From positions 1,984,001-2,048,000 of the forward strand of contig JAGIQG010000043.1 in NCBI GenBank assembly GCA_024679065.1: 64,000 nucleotides of DNA, written 5' to 3'. Positions 1 through 10,524 of this stretch are shown in pieces (positions within the stretch are counted from its first letter, which is position 1; each line of letters begins with the position of its first letter). Under the pieces are notes generated by a model, which was given only the letters and a program-made list of their open reading frames with translations, did not search any database and was not told the DNA's origin. A program made the position numbers and the translations under genes. This DNA comes from Sphyrna mokarran (lineage: Eukaryota).

Positions 1-120
1 GGTTAATTGATAAGTATATGGAAGAGAAGGGAATGGTTTAGTTTGGAGGGGCATTGCTTTTTATTTTGGTCGGCACAACATCGAAGGCCGAAGGGCCTGT
101 TCTGTGCTGTAATGTTCTAT
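1..120 (+). mobile_element. 3' end of a young CR1 LINE
   Basis: Near-identical to 42997-43120, with the TGTTCTA tail. Confidence 0.85.
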
Positions 121-1104
121 AAAAAAATCACCATTAAAAAGTGGTGTGGTAGAAGAGGAATAATTCTCAAGGGGCATTGGGGAAAAAAAACGAGAGTTTA
201 GATTAAATTTACGATTCAAACAAATGTCACTGGCTTGACGGGCTGAATGGCCTATTTCTGTGCTGAAATTTGACATAGTTCTAAGCTTCGAGTCTATATA
301 ATCCATTTACCCGCGTTATGAGACGGGAAATAGATAGTATTCTTTCAGGGTTAAATATAACAGTGTCCAATACCAGGGCGCATCCAGTTAAGACTCGGGG
401 CACATTTAATCTTGCAGATTACATATCCATACAGCCTAAATCCCAATAACTTTGTGATATGCGTTGTCAGTCCTTAATCCCATCTCCAACGCACACATAA
501 TCACTCTAAAAATGTTTCTGTAAATTAGCTGAAGAGCCACCGGAAACATATTTGTTCTAAAGACTTTTAGAAACTGGAATCACACAGCTTACGTTTGGTA
601 TTCAAAACATTTTTCAATATTTAGTTAACTCGAGCAAAGATACATTTTGAATTATTTCTTGCACAATTACAGTGGAAAATCCAGAAGAGAATTTTAAAAA
701 CCGATATCAGAAATTAGAAGCACGAAGAGGTGAAAATGCACTACAGGCGATATTCCGTCATAGAATGGTGGACATGAAAAAATATTCATTTTTCCGCTTT
801 GGGCGTCATCATAATATCGAGCCGCCCGACTTTGCACTGGCTGCACTTTCGAAAGTTACCGTGCAACAGGAAGAATGTTTCTACAACACTAGACATCTAA
901 GAAGCACTGGCGAGTTCTCTCTCTCTCTCTTTTCTCTCTCGTTAGAGGGTTGGATCCTCGTTAAAGGCCAGGCTTGTCCCATAGCGTCTGTGGATGAAAA
1001 ATGAACTGCTTGTGTAATCCACACCATTATTATAAGGGTAGGTGAGGCCATGGGACCTCTCTATTCTATTCAATCGGTTCATGGCTGCCAGGTAGTTCAA
1101 GTCA

Positions 1105-1133
1105 CGCACACACACACACACGCGCGCACACAC

Positions 1134-1169
<36 letters not shown>

Positions 1170-1170
1170 C
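1105..1170. repeat. (CA)n microsatellite
   Basis: Seen directly in the sequence. Confidence 0.95.
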
Positions 1171-1639
1171 AACATTGAATAATCCTTAATCTATTCCCTA
1201 ACATATATTCATTCGTCTCAGTTTTGAAATGTAGAATTGCCCAATGGCCTGTATAACTTATTACTGACCTGAATTTAGTCTTGCGGTGTGTCTGAAGAAA
1301 TATGTGATTTCATTTGATTTATTATTGTCATATGCATTAGTATGCATTCAAAAGGATTTTTTTTTTGCCCTGAATACAGATAAAGTATACCCTGTGTGGA
1401 GAATGAAAGGGGAGGATGCAAATTTTGTGTTATAGTCATAGCTAGGGTGCAGAAAAAGATCAATTTAATACGAGGCAGGTCAATTCTAATGTCGGATGGC
1501 AGCAGGGAAGAACCTGCTTTTCAGTCGGTTGGTGAATGACCTCAGATTTATATATCTTTTTTTTTCCCGAAGGAAAAAAGTTGGAAAAGAGAATGCCCAG
1601 GATGGTTGGGGTCCCTGATTATTCTCGTTCTATTTTTTA

Positions 1640-2140
1640 TTTAGAAGCATAGACGATAGCAGCAGAAGGAGATCATTTGGCCTTCGAGTCTGCTGTACCA
1701 CTCATTAAGATCGTGGCTGATTATCCAGCCTAATAGCCTAATCTTGCTTTTTCCCGATAACCTTCGTCCCCAGTTGTTATATCCAGCCATCCCTTCGGTG
1801 CATTCAATCTTTTGGCATCAACTACTTCCTGTGTTAATGAATTCTACAGGTTCACCATTCTTTGGGTGAAGAAATGTCGACTCACTTCAGTCCTAAATGG
1901 TCTACTCAGAAACCTCAAAATGTGACCCACTGCTTCTGGACACCGTCCACCATCGGGAATATCCTCCCTGTATCTATTCTGTTTAGTTCTGTTAGATTGT
2001 TTAAGTCTCTGTGAAATCTCCCCTCATTCGTCTGAACTCCAGCGAAAACAATTTTAACCCAGACAATCTTTCCTCGTACATCAGTCCCGCCATTCTCGGA
2101 ATGAGCCTGGTAAACCTTCGTTACACTCCCTCGAGAGAAA
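1640..2140 (-). mobile_element. Degenerate CR1 3' fragment
   Basis: Eroded CR1 ORF2 C-terminal and 3' UTR motifs on the minus strand. Confidence 0.65.
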
Positions 2141-2199
2141 GAACATCCTTCCACACCACAAGCTTGGTATGTCTCCTGTTCTGTTCAAGACCACAAGAA

Positions 2200-2880
2200 C
2201 TGGTTCTCTCCAATCACTCAAATCAGCCTTCCATCCATTGACTTTGTCTGCACTTCTCGCTGCCTTGGGAAAAACAACCAGCATAATTAAGGACTCAGCG
2301 CGTTCCAGACTTCCTCTCTTCCATCTTCTTCTGTGGGGAAAAGAAAAGATACAAAGGCTGAGGTCACTACCAACAGACTAAAGGGCATCTTCTTCCCTGC
2401 TGCCATTTTAAATGGACCTATCTCAGACTAAGTTGATCTTTCTCTACGCCCTAGCTATGACTGTACCATTACAATCTCCATGCTCTCCTTTCCTTCCCTA
2501 TGAACGGTATGTCTTCTCTGTATAGAGCTCAAGAAACAAAACTTTTCATTGTATCCCAATACGTTTGACAATGATAACTCAAATCTATGTACTCTATGAA
2601 TGGTATGCTTTGTCTGCATAGCGCACAAGAAACAATATTTTTCACTATATCCCAGTACATGTAACAATAATAAACCAAATCTATGTCGTCTATGAACGGT
2701 ATGCTTTGTCTGTATCGCTCACAAGCAGCATGCTTTTCATTATATGATAATACATGTGACAATAATAAATCAAATCATTGTACTCTATAAATGGTATGCT
2801 TTGTATTTTTAGCGCACAAGAAAAATACTTTTCACTGTACCCCAATATACGTGACAATAATAAATCAAATCAAATCAGAT
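2200..2880 (+). mobile_element. Non-LTR (Rex/Babar-like) 3' fragment with a tandemly repeated ~96-bp tail
   Basis: Motif CTTCTTCCCTGCTGCC, then repeats of ATGAACGGTATGCTTTGTC...GACAATAATAAATCAAATC. Confidence 0.55.
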
Positions 2881-3061
2881 GTCCCACGATTGAATTGAAT
2901 AAAATAAACTAACTTGGGAGAAGTGTTATTCGGACTCGAAAATTTCTCTATCCCTAGTTTTCTAGAATATTCTGTGTTGGTTATGAATTCTAAACCGCGG
3001 ATTAATAATGAATGAAAAGTGTCCATGTAGTTTAGCAACAATAATTCCATTCATTCACCTC

Positions 3062-3067
3062 TTTATT
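3062..3067 (-). promoter_or_regulatory. Candidate polyadenylation signal of copy 1
   Basis: AATAAA on the minus strand about 127 nt after the TM-exon stop. Confidence 0.45.
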
Positions 3068-4074
3068 TTGTTTGTGTTCTCTGGATTCTGTCAGTTCCTC
3101 ATCACTGTTCGAGTTCCTGTTAGAAAAGGGGATATAAACTGAAACTTAAAATGGGTTTATTTCACACCGAACCCGCTCAGAAGTGTCAATAACTCAGTGA
3201 TAAATGCGTGGATTGAGAGCGCCGCGATGTAACAAATTCCCCCAACCATCACTACCTCTCTGCCGGTTCCTGCAGATCCTCCTTCCGGCCACAAAGACCA
3301 ATCCCAGAAGGAGAAGAGCCGCGGCCGACAAACGCCAGAAAAGCAGTAAATGACAGGTGGGCGAGAACGGAGAATCTGCAAACAAGAATTAAACTTTCAC
3401 TCAACGAAAATCAAGTGTGGAAATAATTAAATAAGCGAAGTCTTTTTTTGTTCAATCTAACTTTCCAATTTGAAAGGAACATGGCAAAAAGTTTTGCACT
3501 GGCTCCAATCATATGACAGAGTAATATTTTTTACAATAGAACACAAGGCGAGGTTGATAGATATAGTGACAGAGAGACTGAGCATTTTTTTTTGAACAGC
3601 GCATACATCGAGATGAGGGCGAGGGGAGGGGTGCAGAAAGAAAGATTCAGAGATAGAGTAACCATATAATCCCACAGTGCAGAAGAAAACCATCCGCGCC
3701 ATCGAGGTAATGCAGAGAGAGATGGGTAGGCACTTAGATGGAGCACCATGCAACTAGAATAAAAATAGTAAACATAGAATGCTGGAGAATACTTGATAGT
3801 AAATAGAGGGAGAGAAAGAGAGATCAAAGGAGAGAGAGAGATCAATAGCTGAAGAAAGAGATGCAAACAAAGGGTGAGGGTAGACCAACTGAGAAAGCTA
3901 CGCCATGGTAAAATGGAGGATTGATACATGGAAAGGGGGAAGGTAAACAGGGGAAGATAAACAACTGGACATATCACAAAATCCCTACAACACACTGCAA
4001 GACCGTTAGGCCCATCGAACCAGTACGACAACTATCCCAACCAGGGACAAGCAACGTAAGCCCAAATATTTACA

Positions 4075-4700
4075 CCTGACAATTTAGCATAGTCAATCCA
4101 TCTAACCTACACATCTTTGGACACCAAGGGCAATTTAGCATGGCCAATCCACCCTAACCTGCACATCGTTGGACACTGAAGGACAATTTAGCATGGTCAA
4201 TCCACCTGACATACACATCTTTGGACACTAAGGGGCAATTTAGCATGACCAATCCACCTAACCTCATATGTTGGGACACTAAGAGACAATTTAGCATGGC
4301 CAATCCGCCTGACATACACATCTTTGGACACTAAGAGACAATTTAGCATGACCAATCCGCCTGATATACACATCTTTGGACACTAAGAGACAATTTAGCA
4401 TGACCAATCCGCCTGACATACACATCTTTGGACACTAAGAGACAATTTAGCATGACCAACCCACCTAACCTCACATGTCGGGACACTAAGGAGCAATTTA
4501 GCTTGGCCAGTCCAAATAATCGGCACATTTTTGGACATTAAGGGATAATTTGCCATTTTCAATTCATCTGACCAACGCATCTTGCAACACTAAGGGGCAA
4601 ATTAGCGAGATGGATCCGTATAACCTGCACTTTTTTGGAGTGTGGGAAGAAATCAGAACTCGCGAAGGAAACCCGGTGCAAGTTATAAGATTAGAAGTGA
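4075..4700 (-). repeat. HE1/V-SINE-like element with an expanded ~52-bp tandem array
   Basis: About 10 units of GGACACTAAGGGGCAATTTAGCATGGCCAATCCACCTAACCTGCACATCTTT; paralogous array at 16340-16900. Confidence 0.85.
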
Positions 4701-6000
4701 AGACAGACGAAGGGATAAATAAATAATTCTCTGGCAAGAGCAACACTGGGGAGAGAATCACACATTTTAATGTTATGCACTGACTCAGTGGTTCCTACCT
4801 TCAGGAATGTAACGGTGCCTTCGCCAGACACAAGCAGTGGGAGAGGGGAAGAGGCCATTCGGCCTATCCAGTCTAATCTGATATTTAATCACAACATGGT
4901 CTAACCGTGCACATCAATTTCACATTCCCGCCCTTTCCCCTTACCCATTAATGTATCCGTTTTCATAAATGTGCTTCAGTGATTGAACATCGACGGTATT
5001 TTTACAGTAGTGAAGAAATTTTTAAATGACAGAGAACAAATCTCTGAAAGATTGGGAGGGTTGTGATTGGGCAGAGATGAATTGAGCCTCCTGGAGATAA
5101 TCACAGAGGCATTGCTAATCTACAAATTTGGACTGTACTTCGTAACGTGTCCCATTAAAGTTAAATTCATTGATAAGTAGTCATTGTGAATAGTTACCTT
5201 CCTGAAATGAGACACTGTCACTGAGAATACTTTCACTGGAGTTGACCCGAACGGCGCAGGTACAGCGAGCGCCGGTTCTCCAAGTTTCCGCCGAGAGACT
5301 GATGTAACTCCTGACGGTGTAGGTGCCGTCCGGCTCCAGTGTCCCCGAATCGGCCTGTCCCTCGGTATCCCGCCCCGAAACATTCCAGCGGACAGGAAAG
5401 GAATCGGGAGACGCACCTCTGACCAGGCACATCAATGGGACACTTTTCATGGCGGGAATCTCATCGAATGGCGGGGTGAGGAGGAATATGTTGGGAGAAC
5501 CCGCTAAATCCGGCAAATGAAACGAAGAACAGTCATTAATTGGTGTAACAGGACACTTTAATTGCTCTGAGATAACCACTGCAATAGAATATTAATGAGA
5601 TTTACCTATAATCTCTAATTTGGAGCCATTTCCGAATATTTGGACCATGGTCTGGTAACTGCGCTTTGCGCAGTAATACATCCCAGAGTCATTTTTTCGG
5701 GATCCGTAATTATTAGTGAATAAAGACGCCCATTTTCAGAAATCTGGCTGGAAAATCTCCCGTCAGCTTGGCTGTTCTTGTATGCTCTGTAAACGAAATC
5801 CATGCCGTTTCTCCCCCTCTGTCTGTACCAGAGGACAGGGCCAGCAGCTTGACCGTTGATGCGGCAGCGGAGATTAACAGGACTCCCCACAGGGAACGTT
5901 TGAACCGGCGGAAACTGGGACACCGTGACCTGAGACATTGTAACTGGGAAAGAGAAAGAGAGAGAACAACAGTCACTTCATGTTATGGAGCATTCCCTGA

Positions 6001-6260
6001 ATCCCTACAGTGCAGAAAGAGGCCATTTGGTCCATCGAGTCTGCACCAATCACAATCCATCCTATCCCCATTCCCGCTAATACCCTGTTACGAAGGGGTA
6101 ATTTAGCGCGGCCATTCAAACTAACCTGCACATCTTTGAACTTTGTGGGAAAGAGGAGTATCCGGAGGAAACCCACGCAGACATGGAGAGAACGTATAAG
6201 CTCTGCACGGGAATCCAAGCCTGGCGCTGTGATGTGACTGTCATAACCCACAGTGCCGCT
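6001..6260 (-). mobile_element. V-SINE in intron 1 of copy 1
   Basis: Core GGAGGAAACCCACGCAGACATGGAGAGAACG. Confidence 0.75.
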
Positions 6261-7105
6261 GAGATGTTCCAGCACTTTTCAATTTTGCTTTGATTCTTCT
6301 CCCCCTCCGTTGACTGTTGGCGCTAAAGTCTGTTCAAGAATTTATAACTGACTTTGAAGTTCGACTTGAAAATCTTTCACTCCCAAATCGCCAGTACTGT
6401 TAAGGGAGCCCATTCACACAGCATACCTCAGGCGAAATGGCAAATCAGATTAATTCAATTCTAATCATTTTTTTCAGCAACATTTGATTCATCGTTAAGT
6501 TAAAATTGCATGCTAAATCACACCTTGTAGCACTGCAGAAGACGGATTGGTTGGGGGGGACAGTTCGGCCCTTACAAATTGAGTTGGATTTGTGAAAGGT
6601 TTCACTAATATTATTGAATTTCGTCCCTTTAAATTTGTATCCAATTCCCCCATTTTGAAAGTTCCATTTCCCCTGTTTGAAAGTTCCTGTTGGATCTGCT
6701 TCCTCCGCCCTTTGAGGCAAAACCTTCCAGATCACAACAACTCAGATGGGTTTACAAAATCCCCTAATATCCCTCTCTGTTACTTTTAGCAAATTCATGT
6801 TTCCTTGGTTCCAGAAACTCCTGCCAATGGAATCAGTTTCTGCCTCTTCGCTCTATCCATAACCTTGTCCATTCTATCTGAATATAATGAGGATATCCCA
6901 CCCTGGAAGAGATGGAGCAATGCACAGATGCCGAGGAAACCCATTGTCCTTGAGTGAGACCGTGAGACTCTGAGCCCCTGATACAAATTTCATCGAGAAC
7001 TCGCTCTTGTTCTCTCTGTGTGGGGGAGGTGTGAAATACATGCACTGTGTACATGAATGAAAACACGACAGGGGGTTGAAAATAGAACCGAGGTAGAGAG
7101 CTCTC

Positions 7106-7123
7106 TGCGGTTTTCCTGTTTAC
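7106..7123 (-). promoter_or_regulatory. RUNX-ETS-FOX composite promoter element of copy 1
   Basis: TGCGGTTTTCCTGTTTAC about 160 nt upstream of the ATG; conserved in all three copies. Confidence 0.6.
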
Positions 7124-7539
7124 TACAGGTCCAGGTACTGGCGAGCATTCGGCATGTTCTCCAAAATGCCTCAAATATCTCACTCACATCAGCTACACCA
7201 GACATGGAGTCAGAGCACGGTTCTTCCGAATCTGGTAAGGATTCCCAGATAATGGAAAAGGTACATTTAACATTTCACAAGCGTGATACCAGAAATGAGA
7301 GCGTGCAACTGTCAGTGAGTCTTGAAGAGGTTGGAGCTCTTTATCTCTGAAAGAAAAATTGAAAATTGAGGGCTGATCTACCGAGATATTTGCAATTATG
7401 AAATGGTTCAACAAGGCAGAAGTAGGATTCCAAAATATTGCAGGATGAGTTTGTTGCTAAGCAGGAATTCAGGACCAAAATGTAAGTTGGAAGAATGGGG
7501 GGAATATGGAACTCGATTGCATAGGGAATACTTTAATTT

Positions 7540-8140
7540 GATTTGATTTGATTTGATTTAATAGTGTCACATGTAATGGGATGCTGTGAGCAGTATTGTT
7601 TCTTGCGCTCTACACAGACAAAGCATACCGTTCATAGAGTACATAGATTTGATTTATTGTTGTCACATGTATTGGGATACAGTGAAAAGCATTGTTTCTT
7701 GTGCGCTACACAGACAAAGCATACCATTCATAGAGTGCATAGATTTGATTTATTATTGTCACATATATTGGGGTACAGTAAAAAGTATTGCTTCTTGCAC
7801 ACGTACACAGGCAAAACATATCGTTCATAGAGTATATAGAATTGATTTATTACTATTACATGTACTACGATACTGTGAAAAGTATTGCTTCTTGTGCGCT
7901 ATACAGACAAACATACCATTCATAAAGTACATTGATTTGATTTATTTTTGTCACATGTATTGGAATACAGTGAAAAGTATTGTTTTTTGTGCGCTATGCA
8001 GACAAAGCATACCATTCATAGAGTACATTGATGTAATTTCTTATTGTGACATGTACTGGGATACAGTGAAAAGTATTATTTCTTGCGCGCTATACAGACA
8101 AAGCATACCGATCATAGAGAAGGAAAGGAGAGTGTAGTGT
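7540..8140 (-). repeat. ~96-bp tandem array derived from a non-LTR element tail
   Basis: About 6 units; explains the 32-aa periodicity of ORF 7586-8137. Related arrays at 20090-20400, 39300-39500 and 53970-54430. Confidence 0.85.
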
Positions 8141-10524
8141 CAGAATCATCGCCAGGCTGCAGAGAAATTTCGACTTAATGCAATGTGGGCCTACTTTTTT
8201 GTTGTATAGAAATACATGTGACAATAATAAAGCAAACCAAATCAATTTAACCGTCAGCTTTCACAAACTGCATGTTTTTATAATGTTTACACAACTGAAA
8301 CAGCTGAGAACCTTTCATTGAAAACACGTATCTGAAAGTATGCTCGGAGTTTTGAAGGTAATAGAACATAGAATACCGCAACATAATTGCGGTATTCAAT
8401 TGTATACACCAATACAGCTAAGCAAAGAAATAGGAACTAGGCCAAGGTGAGACTTCTGCAAAAAATTAAAATGTGCCAATTATTAAAAAAAATCGCACTA
8501 TCAAAGTTGTTCTGATTTTGGCGTTAGTTGTCCTATTTTCCTCCTCACATCCGCTTGAGACGAATGACAAAGATGTATTTTAACTGGGCAGCTGGATAGA
8601 CACAAAGGAGAGAAAGGAATAGAAGGATATGTTGATGGGGTGATAGAAATAAAGGAATGAGGTACCTCTGGAACATTGACTTTAGCTGATAGGCTCAATG
8701 GTACCAATCTGTTCTGTGCTTTTTGTGTAATCGTGTTGGAAAACCATTAAATTAAAACTATTCTTTGATACTGTGACATGTGAACAGTTAGTGCTGCCTC
8801 TATGCTTTACGTGGGTTGCAACAGGGCATAGTCAACATTATTTCAAAGAGATTACAGTCGCCTTGCTTTATGTCAAGCCTGGCCCGAACTTAATAGCCGG
8901 AGATATGTCTTTACAAGTGCACTTACTTTTGAAATGTAGGAGATTCAGTCAGGTTCATGCAAAACAGGATGCAGAAAATTGACAATTGATGAAGCTTTTG
9001 ATGAGTTAACGTTTAGACCCAAAAAACTCCTTAATGCAGAAGGAGGGCCATTCACTACTTTGAGCCTGCACCACCAGCAAACACACCCAAGGCACTTTCG
9101 CCGTGACCCCACATATTTAACCTGTTAATTCCCGCGACACTAAGGGAAAATTTAGCATGGCCAATTCACCTAACCTGCACATCTTTATCCACTAAGGCGC
9201 AATTTAGCATGGTGTATCCGGTATTCTGCACATCTTTGAACACTAAGGGACAACTGAGCATGGTCAGTCAGAAAACTGGCACATATATGGCCAGTAAGGG
9301 GGGACTTTGCATGACCAATCCAGAATACGTTGCACATCTTTGGACACTAAGCCTAACAAAGGTGTAAAAAATTATAAAACTATGAAAGGCGCAGATAGGG
9401 AGAACAGAGGGAAGCTTTTTCACAGGTTGGAGGTGACAAGCACAAAGGGTCAAAAGTTTAAGGGGCAAGGTTCAACGCATATGTCAGGGGGAATTATTTT
9501 ACATGGAGAATAGTGATGGCCTAGAATGCACTGCCGTGCAAGGTGGTGGAGGCGGACACGCTGGGATTGTTTAAGACTTATCTAGATAACCACATGAACA
9601 CAGTGGGAATAGAGAGATACAAACGAACGATCTATTTGGGCGCATGAGCGGTGCAGGATTGGAGGGCCGAAGGTCCTGCTCCTGTGCTGTGCTGTTCTTT
9701 GTTCTAAGGGGCAATTAAGCATGGCCAATCCACCTAAACAGCACATTGTTGGACATTGGCAAATAAACTTACAGCGTTCTTACTTAGACATCCTGCCCCA
9801 GACACCTCAATCGCCATTTTTATTAATTCCTGTTGCTTCTTTTGAGAAATCCTCTTAAATCAATGCCATGCAGCTCTCGATATTTTGCCCTTTTTTACAA
9901 ATATGCATTTGTTCTTTTTTACAGAAATGACAAATGGTGACAGAACACAGAAACAGACAAGGCTCTAAACTCAAAACTTAATTAAAGTAACATAATTTGT
10001 TCTATTGAAGCTATTCTACATACTTCACTTTAATATAGGCTATTGAATATAGTGCGAGTAAGAACATTCATTTATCATTGCGCCTCTACAAAATCAGCAT
10101 ACCCTTTACTGGATGACAAACTTCCTTTATACTGACAAACAGGCCTATTTAAATAGCAGGTGCCTGGTTACTTATTCTCTACCATCCAAAACCATCTCTA
10201 CACATGCTGAGTGGTTGCACATGCTGTAGACTGTATTCCTGATTAACCATTCCTGATTAATCTGTGTATTTGGACACACTACATTTGGGCCCCAACTACT
10301 AATAATCTGTCATTGATCCTTTGAACGAGAATGTTGTCCTGTGACGAGAGACTGGGAAAATTATATTTATAATCTCTATAGAACAAAAAAATGAGACTTC
10401 AAAGCATTGAAAGACAATAGTTTGAAGGATGGTAATATGCCAGGTCCGAGAGAATTTGATTTCCCCTTCGCTGGAAAATATGTTACATAACCTCAGGGTA
10501 AATAACCTCAGAGGTCCCAGAGGA

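Larger units (their letters stand above)
3194..6944 (-). pseudogene. VJ-C1-TM receptor copy 1, activating type. Exons: leader 6902-6944, VJ 5606-5943, C1 5198-5503, TM/tail 3194-3375. One 1-nt deletion near 5700 (true pseudogene or sequencing error)
   Basis: Leader MGFLGICALLHLFQ. V motifs VNLRC and WYRQ; after a +1 correction, NDSGMYYCAKRSYQTMVQIFGNGSKLEII. C1 motifs PLMCLVRG, RWNVSG, TWRTGARCTCAV. TM exon DSPFSPTCHLLLFWRLSAAALLLLGLVFVAGRRICR. The V exon is 338 nt instead of 339. All introns are phase 1. Confidence 0.85.
300..8950. repeat. Segmental duplication unit 1, homologous to about 15965-20440 and 29330-40600
   Basis: Shared non-TE blocks: 330-600 vs 29380-29630; 946-1050 vs 29944-30050; 3700-4080 vs 15965-16340; 8770-8830 vs 40415-40470. 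Confidence 0.8.

Noticed and set aside
3531-4031. Hydrophobic 166-aa ORF in the C1-TM intron
   Set aside because: Translation of a CT-rich low-complexity intron; no splice support.
4075-4700. Regular 52-bp and 96-bp arrays resembling CRISPR
   Set aside because: Eukaryotic DNA, no unique spacers, and the units derive from SINE/LINE sequence.
5198-5943. Conventional rearranging IgL or TCR locus
   Set aside because: No RSS, V and J in one exon, and a ~100-nt V-C intron. IgL has no TM exon, and TCR chains lack long tyrosine-motif tails.
7586-8137. 183-aa Cys/His-rich repetitive ORF (zinc-finger-like)
   Set aside because: It is the translation of the 96-bp tandem repeat, with no gene structure.
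9599-9627. RSS-like CACAGTG-13nt-ACAAACGAA
   Set aside because: Poor nonamer, lies in a CR1 tail, and is not adjacent to any V or J. Other CACAGTG heptamers (about 3673, 6249, 26953, 48170) lack a correctly spaced nonamer.
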